Position numbers and translations under genes: made by a program
Source of the DNA: Lophium mytilinum
Lineage: Eukaryota
Length of the DNA: 64,000 nucleotides
Reading direction: 5' to 3'
Assembly (NCBI GenBank): GCA_010093605.1
Contig: MU004187.1
Span: 62,001-126,000, forward strand
The notes under the pieces: model-generated
The model's input: only the letters and a program-made list of their open reading frames with translations
What the model was told of the DNA's origin: nothing
Databases searched by the model: none
In this document: piece by piece, positions 36,389-48,697 of the stretch
How the letters are laid out: each line of letters starts with the position of its first letter
How positions within the stretch are numbered: the first letter of the stretch is position 1

Positions 36389-37831
36389 ATGGCGAAACGA
36401 CGAGTAAAAAAGCGCACACAACCCGCGCCTAGCGACAATGGAGCTGTAGATCGCTCGCCGAAGAGCATGGTCATTCGCATAGGAGCTGGAGAGGTTGGCA
36501 GTAGTGTGTCGCAACTCGTGAAGGATGTTAGGCATCTCATGGAGCCTGGGACGGCTGCTCGGCTAAAGGTACGCTTCAAGTACCCCTTAATTCTACTTTG
36601 ATCTCTTCTCTTCTTATTACACTCGATTGAAAGAACTGCGCTTAATGCTGACAATTATATTCAGGAACGCCGCGCGAACAAACTCCGCGATTACACCACC
36701 ATGGCCGGCCCCCTAGGCGTTACCCACCTCCTCCTCTTCTCGCGCTCCGACACTGGAAACACAAATCTGCGTCTCGCCCGCACCCCCCGCGGCCCCACCC
36801 TCCATTTCCGTGTCGAGCAATACGCTCTCTGCAAAGATGTACTGAAAGCGCAACGGCGGCCACACAGCGGCGGCTTCGAGTTCCAAACCGCTCCTCTCCT
36901 CGTCATGAACAACTTCATCACACCCGAAGCCGCCGTAGCAGCCGTGGAAAAGAACGGCGTTGAGGGAGAGACGAAGCAAGGGCCCCCACCCAAGCACCTA
37001 GAAAAACTCGTCACAGAAATGTTCCAGGGACTTTTCCCGCCTATCTCGCCCCAGACTACACCCTTGACTTCAATACGGAGAGTACTACTTATGAATCGCG
37101 AACCGCTTACCAAAGAGGAGAATGGTACATATACCATCAATCTCCGCCACTACGCCATCACGACCAAGGTCATGGGCCTACCTAAGAGCATCCGCCGGCT
37201 CAACGCAGCAGAAAAGCTAAAAGGCAGCAACAAGAAACGCTCTGCGCTCCCTAATCTAGGGAAACTAGATGATGTAGCGGACTACCTCCTTGACCCCGAC
37301 GCAGGTGGTTACACCTCCGCCTCCGAGACCGAGATCGAGAGCGATGCTGAAGTCGAAGTCCTCGCCACCTCCGCGCGCAAGATTCTATCCAAGCGCGACC
37401 GTGCCGCCGCGCCCGAGCGGCCCGATGGCCACAAATCCGGATCCCGTGGTGGGAAGGGCAAAGTCGAGAAGCGGGCTGTGAAGCTGGTTGAGCTGGGCCC
37501 GCGGATGAAGCTAAGGCTGACGAAAGTAGAGGAGGAGATCTGTGGCGGGAAGGTGCTGTGGCATGAGTATGTCAATAAGTCAGCTGCAGAGGTGAAGAAG
37601 ATGAATGCGACCTGGGAGAAGCGCAAGAGGGAGAAGGAAGAGAGAAGGAGGGTGCAGAAAGAGAATATTGAGAAGAAGAGAAAGGAAAAAGGTGGGAAGA
37701 AAGGGGAGGAGGGAGAAGATGAGGATGATGAAGACGAGGAGGACTATGATATGGATGATGATGTCTGGGATGAGGACGCGGAAGGCGATGGGGACGAGGA
37801 AATGGAGGATGGGGATGGGGCTGGTGGTTGA
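36389..37831 (+). CDS. SSF1: Brix-domain ribosome biogenesis protein Ssf1/Peter Pan
   Basis: PKSMVIRIG, LMEPGTAARLK-ERRANKLRDY (intron 36569-36664), MAGPLGVTH, PRGPTLHF, KLVELGPRMKL. Confidence 0.95.
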
Positions 37832-38188
37832 AAGCTCAGCGTGGTCGGCTGCGAGGGGCGGCGTAATGCAAATAGGTTAAGGCATGTTTTATGATACCAT
37901 TCTGGAGTCTTAGATTGACAGTCTTTCTCAGTGACGAAGGTTACCCTTTGAACATAGGGCGGTTTCGTCCTAGTACATGTTATGCAACCCAGGTGCACCT
38001 TCATGATTGCAGCCTCAGGTTAGCAGGGCTGATGTATACTTTTAAGAAGGCAGTCGCAATAGGGAGACACCCCTGGACCTATCATAGAATTGAAACCTAT
38101 AATGGTATAATCTTGAGCGTGATTTGCAATATGTAAATGTGAAGCACAACATCCAATGCCAAGTGCCTGAGGCTTAACAGCGCCCCCT

Positions 38189-39135
38189 TCAACTCAACCC
38201 ATCCCTCTCGCGCTCCGCCACAATAGAATCGTGCATTTCATGATTCCGAAATCCTGCATGGAATCCCGCCTCCCACTCCTTTTCAGTGGTGCGGTTCCAC
38301 CGCCGCGCACTCTTTTCATCCCCAGCATCTGTTACATACCTCCACCTCCCCCGTATGACCTTCATCCCCGTCGCCTTCTCGATCTTCGTCCTCCGCCTCT
38401 TCCTCTTCTTCTGGTCCTCCAGTCCATCCTCTCCATGTATCAGCTTCGCCCGAACTTCAACATCTTCCTTCATGAACATAGTAGTCTCAACACCTACACA
38501 GTCATAGACTGCGACGCGCAGCCGCGGAAAGCAGGCAGTCGGGAAGAGGGGGTTGGGCGTGAAGAGGTCGAGCTTAGTGAGATTGAAGGTCTGGAGGGCG
38601 ACGGTCATAGTCTATCCCATACTCATCAGTCATGTCCATACACAAGGCGGTACTGCCACATCGCATGTAGTGTTAGACTCACGATCTTGTCCGGCCACTC
38701 CCTCCGATCACAGCTCTGACAACAATGAAACGCATCATTCATCAGCGCCCGCCTGCTCGACGCCTTCCCGCAGAACGCGCAGTTCCTCATCACCCATTTG
38801 ACCCACGCGCAGCGATAGGTACGGAGCGTCTTAGATTTTATAGACGCGTCGGTGCTCACAGGGATGTACTTCCTGCTGTAGCTCGCGAGGGCTTTGAATT
38901 TCGTGATGCTCTGGTGGGAGAGGAGAAGGTGCTTTGTGAGAGACTCCACGACATCTCTTAGGTGGCGGCACGTGGCGGCGACGTTGTAGAGGGGGCAGGA
39001 TATGTGGGGTCTGGGGATACCGTGGTAGAAGGAAGTGTTGATCTGTGCGAATTCTTCGGTTTCGCGGCAGCCTATTGAGTAGGAGAGGATGTGGTGGAGG
39101 AGCTCAATTGGAAGGGCGGCGAGAGTTTCGGCCAT
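38189..39135 (-). CDS. F-box-like protein with Cys-rich motif, 2 exons
   Basis: LAALPIELLHHILSY...VAATCRHLR; CAFCGK...CCQSCD; intron 38682-38612 keeps the frame. Confidence 0.7.
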
Positions 39136-39655
39136 TGTTGGCGATCGAATTGTGGAGAATACTACCTAGGTACGGCGAGAAGGGTGAAGGCGGGATGAAG
39201 TGAGGTTGCGATAGAGTGAAAGGCTTATCTAATCTGCACGTGACGTCGACCAATCCAACACATGTCGGTGGAAATGTTATAAGTTTAGGTTGAAGTTAAT
39301 CTATAGGAACTGAGTAAACAATCAAGCTGATCAACGCCCTATCTTATCCCACGCCAGATACTCACTCTGCCTTTAGTACATGGGTCCAGCGCTACTAGTA
39401 TGCCAGTAAAAATGGTGAAGTCCTACTTTTCCCAAGCTTGATAGCTCTCCACCTAGACGGACGCAAGCGAACCCGCGGGGCAGAGTGGGGCACCACCGAA
39501 ATTATTTCATCCAAGCTCGCGCCTCTGTTCTTCTTCGACTCACTCAACCTTCCTTTCCTCGTTCTTCGACGCCACCACTTTGACTCGAGCTCAGCCTACC
39601 AGCTGAAGCTGTAACCCATCCATCACATTCCCGTTTTCCGACACAACATCCTCCA

Positions 39656-40540
39656 ATGGCGGGCAGAGGCCGCGGCGGCGGTTTTCGCGGCGGCAAAAGC
39701 GCGGGCGGCCTCGACTTTCCGTGGGAACACGACCCTGACATCGACCAGTATCTCAAATGGGAGCCCGACAAGCTATTTCCTGTATGTAGCCATTGATCCC
39801 CAGCTTCTCGCTTCATGTTTCACCATCTGACTTTGCGAATCAGGAAATCGAGCCCACCATTCCCGCCCCCCCGACAGCCGACGAGCTACGTTCCGTGTAC
39901 CACTCCCGTCGAATTCGCGACATGCGCCGCGCGGGCCCATTTTGGGCGACGGGCGATCTGAGCAAGCGCGCCGGTCGAGGCGCTGGAGGTAGAGACAACA
40001 AGGGCAATGACACGTTCAATGCTTTCACCGGGATGGAGACGTATAGCTCCAAATATGTGCCCAAGAAGCGTGTTCTACCAGACCTCAAGAGCTATCCATT
40101 CGGTACGTGAAACGTCCAAGTACGAGGGAGGGGGCACACAACGCTGACAATATGTCGCAGTCAAAGAATTCTTTCCAAAGGAGTTGTGGGACGTGATGGG
40201 CATCTCCGACGACGAGGATGACAAGAAGAAGGCCGCTGATGGCACAAAACCTCCCCCGAAGAAGCGGAAGATGTTACAAATTGCCAAGGCAAACGACATG
40301 TCGAGGCTGGAGGCGCTTGAAGCGGAGGCAAAGCGGAAAGCGGACGCCGGAGAGGAAGACGATGACGACGAAGAGAAGGAAGAAGAGGACGGCGAGGGAG
40401 GCGAAGAGGTCCAAGATGACGATTTTGAAGAAGATGAGTCGGATGGGGACGACTATAATGCCGAGGCGTACTTCGATAATGGCGAAGACGACTTTGGCGA
40501 GGAGGACGCAGGGGGTGATGATGGTGGATATTATGAGTAA
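39656..40540 (+). CDS. RPC31: RNA polymerase III subunit Rpc31, 3 exons
   Basis: MAGRGRGG, PDKLFP, GPFW, METYSSKY, FFPKELW, and acidic tail DDYNAEAYFDNGEDD. Confidence 0.9.
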
Positions 40541-40930
40541 GACTCATGCTAGTCGGTCTTTTGCTTAATTGTTTGGCGTTCGTGCATCTATGGACTTGGA
40601 TACCCAGGGCTTCGCGCATATGGAATATATATATGCTGAGGGCTCCCTACCGCAACTCAAATATATATCACTGAAGTGCCTTGTTTATGAGCGCGTTTAT
40701 CTTCCTCTGCCGCTATCCAAGGTGCTTCAGCGCACTTCCAAAAGGTTCAATGGAGACCATTTCCTTTACATCCGTGTACAGCGCTTTGCCATTGCATGAA
40801 GTCCCTCAACGCACCTCCCAATATCTAGGTGATATCCTCCCCTCGCCCTATCTGCGTACAGTGCTTTGCCACTGCATTAGGTGCCTCAACCCACTCCCAG
40901 AAATCCGAAAGTGATCCTACCAGCTCCTAC

Positions 40931-41906
40931 CTACCAAGCCATGCACCCCCCAGTAACATCAATTGACTGCCCGTTAATCCATCTCGCTTTGTCTTCTGCT
41001 AAGAATGCAACCACATGAGCTATCTCCTCCGGGGTCCCTAATCTTTTCTCTGCTGTCGGTCTGCTTGTAAATTGCTTCAACACGGCAGGATCGAGTTGTT
41101 TCACCGCATCTGGATAGAATGTCAGCCCACTGCATAGATGTTCACAGGTGAAAAAGGAGGAGCTTATGTCGCACCTGTAGCCGTAGGCCCCGGCATGACT
41201 GAGTTTATCGTAATTCTTTTCGCGTCCGCAAATTCTAAGGCTATACTCCTTGTAAAATGATCCAGCGCCGCCTTCGCCGCGGCATATAGCGTGAAAGGAC
41301 TCGGGCTCGGCACTATTGCAGCTTGTGACGAGATCATTATTATGCGTCCTTGAGGCTTGATGACTTTGAGCACGGCTTGCGTGATGAAGATTGGACCGGC
41401 GAGGTTTGCGTCGAACATGATGTGGAAGTCGGAGAGAGTTGTGGAGGTGAAAGGTCTTTGGTGGATGAGAACTGCGTTGTTGACTAGATGGGGAACGTGT
41501 GAGACGAAAGTGCTTAGGGAGAAGGGGCTTGAGGACGAAGCGTATGAGATCAGAGACCTAAAATATCGATTCCGTCGGTTTTGAAGCCGTCTAGGGCCGC
41601 TTTGACGATCTTTTCTCCAGCTTCGGGGTCTAGTAGGTCGACTTTGAGTGCGAAAGCTTCGCTACCAGAGCTCTTTATCTTTTGCACGATTGCTTCGGCC
41701 GCTGTGTTGTCGGAATTGTAAGTGATGGCGATCTTCGTTGCACAATCAGCTCGGAAAATCGGAAAAAAAATAGTCTAAACGTGGGCTTTCGAGAGAATAC
41801 CTACACCTTTAGCTCCTCTCTCCGCAAATTCTAGCGCAATTGCCGCTCCAATTCCCCTCGATGCGCCTGTTACTACTGCGATTTTGCCTGCTAGAGTTTG
41901 GCTCAT
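40931..41906 (-). CDS. Short-chain dehydrogenase/reductase (classical SDR), multi-exon
   Basis: GKIAVVTGASRGIG, YAAAKAA catalytic motif, INSVMPGPTAT, RWINGQSIDVTGG. Confidence 0.92.
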
Positions 41907-42632
41907 GACTGCGGGGTTTTGATACAGCTAGTGACTACTAATTGACTCTGAAAGGAGAGAAAGAAAGACTAGTACAGATTACCAACGGATTGCAGCGCCT
42001 CGAAAGTAAAGACTAGTACACTAGGTACTCATATATACTTCTGCCCTACTAACGCACCACTGACACAATCATAGTACCGAGAATGCCCGGCAATGTAGCC
42101 TTCCATCAGAGTCCGGGATCGGATGCGATTCAGTCCGCGATCACGGTAGCGGACCTGTACCTGAGCTCCAGCCGAAGTCTAACGGTTTTTGCGCGGATAA
42201 ACTACCTTCGGGACTCTGTAATTGCTGCAAGCTTGGCTGAAAAGTTGAGCTCGATTGTAGATCACATCAGAGCTGTCTCGGACGATGAGAATGCGCAAGG
42301 TCAGTCATGTTCGAGGACAAGTAAGAGAAGAAATATCAAGAAAGGACGGGTCTTCGAATTTCGTGAAGGAGGTAGAAGGGAGTTAATAGGACGATTTTTT
42401 TAGACTCTGCTGTCAAGATGGAGCAACCTGTTCTTCTAGAACGTTATGACTTTATCGAACATCTTGATAATAAGTAGTCATGTAAGATAATACGAATACA
42501 GCCTCATGATATCAAACTCACGAACTATGTACAGAAAGCTGCAGTTGATGCAAGCTTCAGGGACCGTTTCGTCTGACGTCGTTAGATCGACCTCCGCCAG
42601 ACCTCCGCAAAACCTCCGCAACCACCACGACT

Positions 42633-43520
42633 ATGACCTCTACCAACCCAACTCTTGACGACGAATTGACCTCCATCAACTCGATATTTACTGAATCAAC
42701 CTTGACACCAGTTTCCGAAGATCATCTAATATGTACACTCACGCTCCCCTCGCTCCCCTCCGTCTCGTTGCGCCTCGAATTTCCCCCCACCTACCCTGAT
42801 GCCCCTCCCTCAATCCTCGGCACGCAAACCGTCGGTGACGGTATCCCAAAGGGCGTAGGGACACATATCGTAGACATCGCCCGCACCACGTTAGCGGAAA
42901 TATACACGATCGGCGAACCATGCATATACGACCTCCTTGAAGAGCTGCGCGAAGCATTAGAGAAGGCGCAAGACAATGGGAGTCTAGGGATTCACGAGCA
43001 CGAACACGAGCATGAAAACGAGATCCAGGAGGATGCCAGTAGTCCAAGAGCTAGGGACCAAGTAGCTGGGGAAGGCTTTGGGGAGCCCCCGCCCTGGACC
43101 CTCGCACCCCCGATCTCAGAGAAGAAATCAGTCTTCCTCGCACGCGTTGCACGCGTCGACTCTCCCACACAGGCCAAGACGTTCCTGGCGCATTTGCTTG
43201 CGACGGACAAGAAGGCGGCGAAGGCTACACATAACATCACAGCGTGGCGGATACGCGGTTCAGATACTGCCCATGCGGGGGCGGACATTACATATCAGGA
43301 CTGTGATGATGATGGGGAGACGGCGGCGGGAGGACGGGTACTTCATCTCATGCAGCTGATGGATGTGTGGGATGTCATGGTAGTGGTGACAAGGTGGTAT
43401 GGGGGTGTGCATTTGGGACCGGATCGGTTTCGGATCATCAATAGTGCGGCAAGAGAGGCGTTGGTCTTAGGCGGGTTTGTCAAAGGGGAGGCAGAGGGAA
43501 AGGGGAAGAAGAAACCTTAA
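42633..43520 (+). CDS. YIH1: IMPACT/Yih1 (RWD + UPF0029 domain)
   Basis: RWD FPPTYPDAPP; EKKSVFLA, ATHNITAWRI, DDDGETAAGGRVLHLM, VVVTRWYGGVHLGPDRF. Confidence 0.94.
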   Translation: MTSTNPTLDDELTSINSIFTESTLTPVSEDHLICTLTLPSLPSVSLRLEFPPTYPDAPPSILGTQTVGDGIPKGVGTHIVDIARTTLAEIYTIGEPCIYDLLEELREALEKAQDNGSLGIHEHEHEHENEIQEDASSPRARDQVAGEGFGEPPPWTLAPPISEKKSVFLARVARVDSPTQAKTFLAHLLATDKKAAKATHNITAWRIRGSDTAHAGADITYQDCDDDGETAAGGRVLHLMQLMDVWDVMVVVTRWYGGVHLGPDRFRIINSAAREALVLGGFVKGEAEGKGKKKP

Positions 43521-43691
43521 CATACCAAAGAGCTGATAGGATCTCGTCCAAATTTCTTGAAGCATATTAAAGCACCTCATGCAACGGCAAGCACTCTGCA
43601 CAGATACAGTGTGGAAAGAGGATATAATCTGAATAGCGGGGAGTGTGTTGGAGTGCTTCATGCGGCCTTTTCAAAACAGCCACCAGTCGAG

Positions 43692-45981
43692 CTAATCGAA
43701 AGGCAATGTCGCGTTCCAATTCCAGTCAAAGTCTCCTTGCCAGTCAATGCTATCCATCCAATCCGAAGCCAGCTCTTGTCCTGATTGGAAATCTACAGTG
43801 TCGCTGAAAGCCCCAAAAGACGATATATCGATTTGCATCTGGCTCTCGTCTGCGAAATTAGGCACTACGCTGTCACTGCCATGGACAGCCGCTACGTTCG
43901 CTGCACTCCCTGCATGCGTGACGCGGATCTTGCCAAAGTACGGCACAATTATCTCCCGGGATTCGGTGAGTGAACCTCTCATGTAGTAAAGGTCGGAGAA
44001 GTAGGTCAAGACGTCAACCGATTGGCTTGAGACGGCACAGTCTCGGGTAGCGGTGATTCGAGTGAGAGTCTTCGTCACTTCATGAATGAGGTTCCAGTCG
44101 TAGTCTGGCGGTCCACTCAAATGCGAGTTCCGGTATCTGAATTGGTGGATGACAAGGACCATGGCTGCACTAAATGCTTGGAAGTCCAGAAGATCGCAAA
44201 CCAACAGCAAAGTTTGGTCATTCATTGTCCGAAAACTTTGATAGCATTGTATGATTCTCCTGCACACATGTGTAGTCTGAGCCTCGCTCTCGGTATGCTC
44301 CTGCTCATTTCCTTGCGTGGACTGGAAGTTGTATGGGAGGTGGATATACTTCAGGGTTTGTAGATGGTACATCTCGAGGCAGGAACGGTGATAGAAGTCC
44401 GCAAGCGACGAAGAAGGCGGAAGCGGTTGGCTCAGCAGACGTTCTAGCGGGATTGCAACCCTGCGACGAAGGTCATCGTGCATTCGCTGAGTCTCATCAT
44501 AGGCGACCCCGTCATAATTTTGATTTCTGTCGATAACAGCTCCTACAATAAAGGCAATGTCGTGCATAGCTTGCTGTTCAGTACTGAGTCCCGGGAGTTT
44601 CTTAGAGATACTTGGGTGCGAGGATGCAACGGCATATGGAAGTCCTAGAAGCATGGATATCTGCCGTTCAGTCTGCCACAAAGGAGACCATATTGAGCCT
44701 GGGTACTCATTGGGGTTCTTTCGAGGTAGACCAATTAAGAGAGCAGAGTTGATAGCTCGGCGGATAACAGACCAAGCTTTGCGAGGTCTCCCAAGGGATA
44801 CGTAATTTTGGCATTGTAAGAAACCGCATTCAACGCCCTCAAGCGTGCCACCAGAGTCTGCGTCGATAGCCACGAGGACTTCAGCGCCGCCTAAAAGAGC
44901 GTCTACAACCCCACATCGTGAGCGGTTGAAGGCAGGCAACGTGGGATTTCCAAAGGTGTTTCGGCTCGGAAGGATGGCGTCGAGGCCTTTTGGAAGATGT
45001 TGAATACAACATGCAAGCCATAGCGCTGCCTTTGCAACCAGGGCAGGCTTGCCAGATCTCATGGAGTCGCGTATGAACTGTTGCACGCTAGGTGTAGTAC
45101 TCGGAGGTGGGTTTGAGTGGGACGTCGAGGGTGCCACATGGCAGACAGCCCAGTAAGGTTCCGTTAAACGTAGTATCAAAGTCAGATCATCTTCTGCAGG
45201 TATCAAATCAGACAAAGCCTGGATGTAAGCCTTCGCCTGATGAGGAAGACCAACTTTTGGGCTATTTGTGTCACCGTCGTGTGCCTCAGAAAGGAGGAAG
45301 GTAGACTCCTTGAACAATCGTAGAAGAGGCACATCTTCGGTTTGATATTCCGGGCTCAGATCATGTCCTTGTTGTTCATTTACCTCTTTAACAGCCTCGG
45401 TGTGAATGGCGTCCGATGTCGATTGCTGCAGGTCGAGGCCTATTGCGTTGCAAATGCGACGAATTTGATCGGACAGTTCGTCCAGCCTCTGATGCGTGGG
45501 TGTCTGGCTATTGTGGCCATTGACAGTTTGATAGCTTGACCCAGAAGGCGTTGTGGATGCATTCGATCTGCGTACCTTGAAGTGACAGCAGTCAAATTAG
45601 CGGGTATTCATTAAGAAGGGTTTTGTCAATACAGATATTAGATCCTTCCGGTCTTCATTGTGCTACAAAGGTAACGCCGTCTGAGGTGGCTTAGTGCATT
45701 AATACACTTGCCAAAAGTATCGTTTCACAGCCTTTGAGAACATACCAGGCCACCTCATACGGTGTCAAACTGCCGCGCCATGCTTGAATGAGGCTGACTG
45801 TAATAGGACCGACCGTACTTACTGGCTGTTGCGAATCACAAATCGAGTCGTGTAGAGCACAAGCTTGACAAGTGTCTTGACCCGCGGAGAAGATGCAACG
45901 GACTTTGCGTCGCCGGCACTCGACACAACTCTTGGTGCCTAATCGCATTCGCTTCGTTGATCCATTAGGTAGTGCGCTCAT
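43692..45981 (-). CDS. Zn(II)2Cys6 transcription factor, 2 exons
   Basis: CVECRRRKVRC...CQAC...C; 247-bp intron 45822-45576 splices in frame into a long fungal-TF middle region (GRPRKAWSVIRRA, ERQISMLLGLPY). Confidence 0.9.
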
Positions 45982-46827
45982 TTTGTGTTGACGGAGAAAG
46001 GACGAACGCGGAGGGTTCCTTGGTCGGTCGAGCTCGGAGTCGGCACATTAGATGTCATGGTTCCAATGGACTAGGATGTTCCGTTGGTGCTAGCTTCATA
46101 CGCCCCTTTACACCCTCAGATGCCGCCGTCTGAGGTGGCCCCGCGAGGATTTAGGCTGTGCAAAATTAGTAAGTTCAGGTTTTTGACAGTGCGTTGAGGC
46201 GAGTCTGACAGCGGTAAACCAGTCTACGCAGATTGATAAGAGGAGAGTGGTTGTGCCAGTATGTACATAGAGTTGATTGGTACACGCCAAGCCACTTGTC
46301 TCTTGTCCAAAGGCTAGACAACGTAGGAAGAATATCATGTTCTATAAGAGCAAGCACTCTTTACTCAGGCACGTAAGTCGACAGCTTCAACCCGAGTCTG
46401 CATTTCATATATGTGTCGAGGGCTCGTAGCTAGCGACATGTGGAGTTGAAGCAGTCTCACGATATACACAATCTACCCCACCGAACGAGAGAAGGCCACA
46501 CCGTGACATACTACCAGGAACCGTGGCACGCATTCTTTGCTGACATATTGACCCCTAGTAGTACATAGGGCGTTTGCGCCCTTATCCTCAACATCGGACG
46601 GAACCACAAGTACACCGAGCTGAGAAATCAACATCGCGGAGACACCTATCTTATTTGGCGATCTTCTTCGGTGTCTTCGGTCAATTCGGACAGATCAATA
46701 CTATAGAAGACGTATTCCATTCCAACAATGTGCACTATTCAAACAGAACAGCTTAATAGCATCCGGAAGCAGCGCTCCAATATTCTACAACATTTTCAAC
46801 CTCCAAGTTCAATCTATACATTCAATC

Positions 46828-47472
46828 ATGTCTCTTTCTGAACAGCTCTCCGCTCAATTCCAGGGCTTCAACCAAAATGCCCCGCCACAATTCAAAGATC
46901 CCATCCTAGCGGCTATGGACGAACACGTAGCCTCCTTCAAACCCAGTGCCGCTCTCCAGGTCGGCCAGGCCTTCCCAGACTTCTCCTTGCCCAACGCCGT
47001 GGGCGGAAAAGTCTCTCGAGACGAGCTCCTTGCCAAAGGGCCATTCTTTATCACATTCTACCGTGGAGAATGGTGTCCATTCTGCAACCTCGCCATTGGT
47101 TCCCTCCAAGCACACCTCGACGAATTCACTGCCAAAGGCGTCACCCTCGTCGCCGTCTCCCCCGAGCTACCAAACGGCAACCTCACTATGACGGAGAAAC
47201 ACGATCTCAAATTCCCAGTGTTGTCTGACCAGGGAAATGAGCTTGCCAAGAAGCTCGGTATAATTTTCGCGATGCCAGACTCGCTTAGGCCTGTTTTCGA
47301 CATGGTTGGACATGATCTGAAGAAGAAGAATGGAGACGACTCGTTTGAAGTTCCTTTGCCGGCAGCATTTTTGGTCGATGGGAAGGGGGTGGTTAGGAAC
47401 TCGTACGTGGATCCGGACTACACCAAAAGGCTCGAACCAAAGACAGCACTTGGGTGGATTGACTCGCTGTAA
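46828..47472 (+). CDS. AhpC/TSA-family peroxiredoxin-like protein with CxxC
   Basis: FPDFSLPNA, FYRGEWCPFCNL, LVAVSPE, FPVLSD, PAAFLVD, DPDYTKRLEP. Confidence 0.92.
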   Translation: MSLSEQLSAQFQGFNQNAPPQFKDPILAAMDEHVASFKPSAALQVGQAFPDFSLPNAVGGKVSRDELLAKGPFFITFYRGEWCPFCNLAIGSLQAHLDEFTAKGVTLVAVSPELPNGNLTMTEKHDLKFPVLSDQGNELAKKLGIIFAMPDSLRPVFDMVGHDLKKKNGDDSFEVPLPAAFLVDGKGVVRNSYVDPDYTKRLEPKTALGWIDSL

Positions 47473-47736
47473 AGTTGATCGGGAGGATGTTTGAAGTGGT
47501 TATTGTATGAATGCATTTTGCAAGAATCTTTCGCGAACCTAGAATATCTCACAACGTTCTTTACCACTCATATAACTCCAAACCCGCTTCATATAAGAAA
47601 GTAAGAAATTGAGAAATTGAAAGGAGATATAAATGCAAGTGATGTCAGAGCTTTAAGGTTCAGTGGCATATAAGCCCTGAATCCCACCCAACCGAACGGA
47701 CCACCATCTCTACAACTCATTAAGAAAGACCCTACC

Positions 47737-48287
47737 ATGGCAGACTCAACAGCTCAGGAAGCTCCAATGACTAAAGTTTGGCTCACAACACTCATTGCAC
47801 CCACTTCAACCACAGACTCGGCCTTCATAAAGGCTTGGGCCGACGCAATTAATTTCATCTCTGCCTACTCCGGCGCTTCTGGCAGCCACACCCTCTGGCG
47901 CGACCTGGAGGACCCCGCCGTGGTCGCCATGATCACAGGCTAATCCTTCCGCAGCGCTGAATCTCGCCGCTGACAAGGATTTCTGGGAAGCGGGATACCA
48001 GCAACGCGTCTCAGCGCTAAATAAGCACGACACGCTTTACTGGATCGATGAGGATGTGAAGAAGTTTAACTTGGGAAACAAAAATGAGATGGTGGTGCAG
48101 GTTCTGCCTGAAGAAGGTGAAGACGATACGGTCGCGGCGGTCACGGTGAATGCGAGAGGCCGCGGGGGCGGCGGAACAGGGGAAAAAGGTCCGTTTGAGG
48201 ATCAGCGAGTCTACGGAGGTTGGAAAGGAGGGTAGGGAGCAGGCGATACGGACACTGAGGTTGGAGAGGATTGATCTAGGAGAATAA
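47737..48287 (+). pseudogene. Frameshifted small hypothetical gene (possibly dimeric alpha/beta-barrel-like)
   Basis: ORF stops at TAA 47941-47943; removing one A gives MITGYPSAALNLAADKDFW... open for ~95 further codons; a probable second shift precedes ...LRLERIDLGE* at 48287. Confidence 0.55.
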
Positions 48288-48697
48288 TATTGGCTGTTTA
48301 GACTGCGGCCGAGCTGAGACTGAGAGATATACAGATACATCGTGTAAAGTGACGGAGACGAAATGGCGGAGCTGTTCACGATCGACGTGGAGAAAGTGTC
48401 CGTGCACCTGGTGTGAAGCCTAAGAACATAGAGCTGAACATAATCCCTTCAGCTTCGCCACCACGGCGTCGGCTCACCAATATTGACGAAGGCAAAGCCA
48501 CAAATTGCTTCAGTGGCCTAATCATACGTTGTTCGGCGCCTCTACAGCATCGTCGTTATGTGGCTTGCTCAGCCTCACGTCTGAGTCAAACAACAAAGCG
48601 TCCCTTCAGCTATAAATTCTCAAAAGCATCAAGCCAATCCCTCTCTCTTCACCTTCCTACTTCTACACGTGCTACTTTCCGCGATACATCGAGCAAA

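Noticed and set aside
42589..42622. Three ACCTCCGC units at 12-bp spacing before YIH1, and similar micro-repeats at ~20318 and ~55338
   Set aside because: Ordinary short slippage repeats with no evidence of function.
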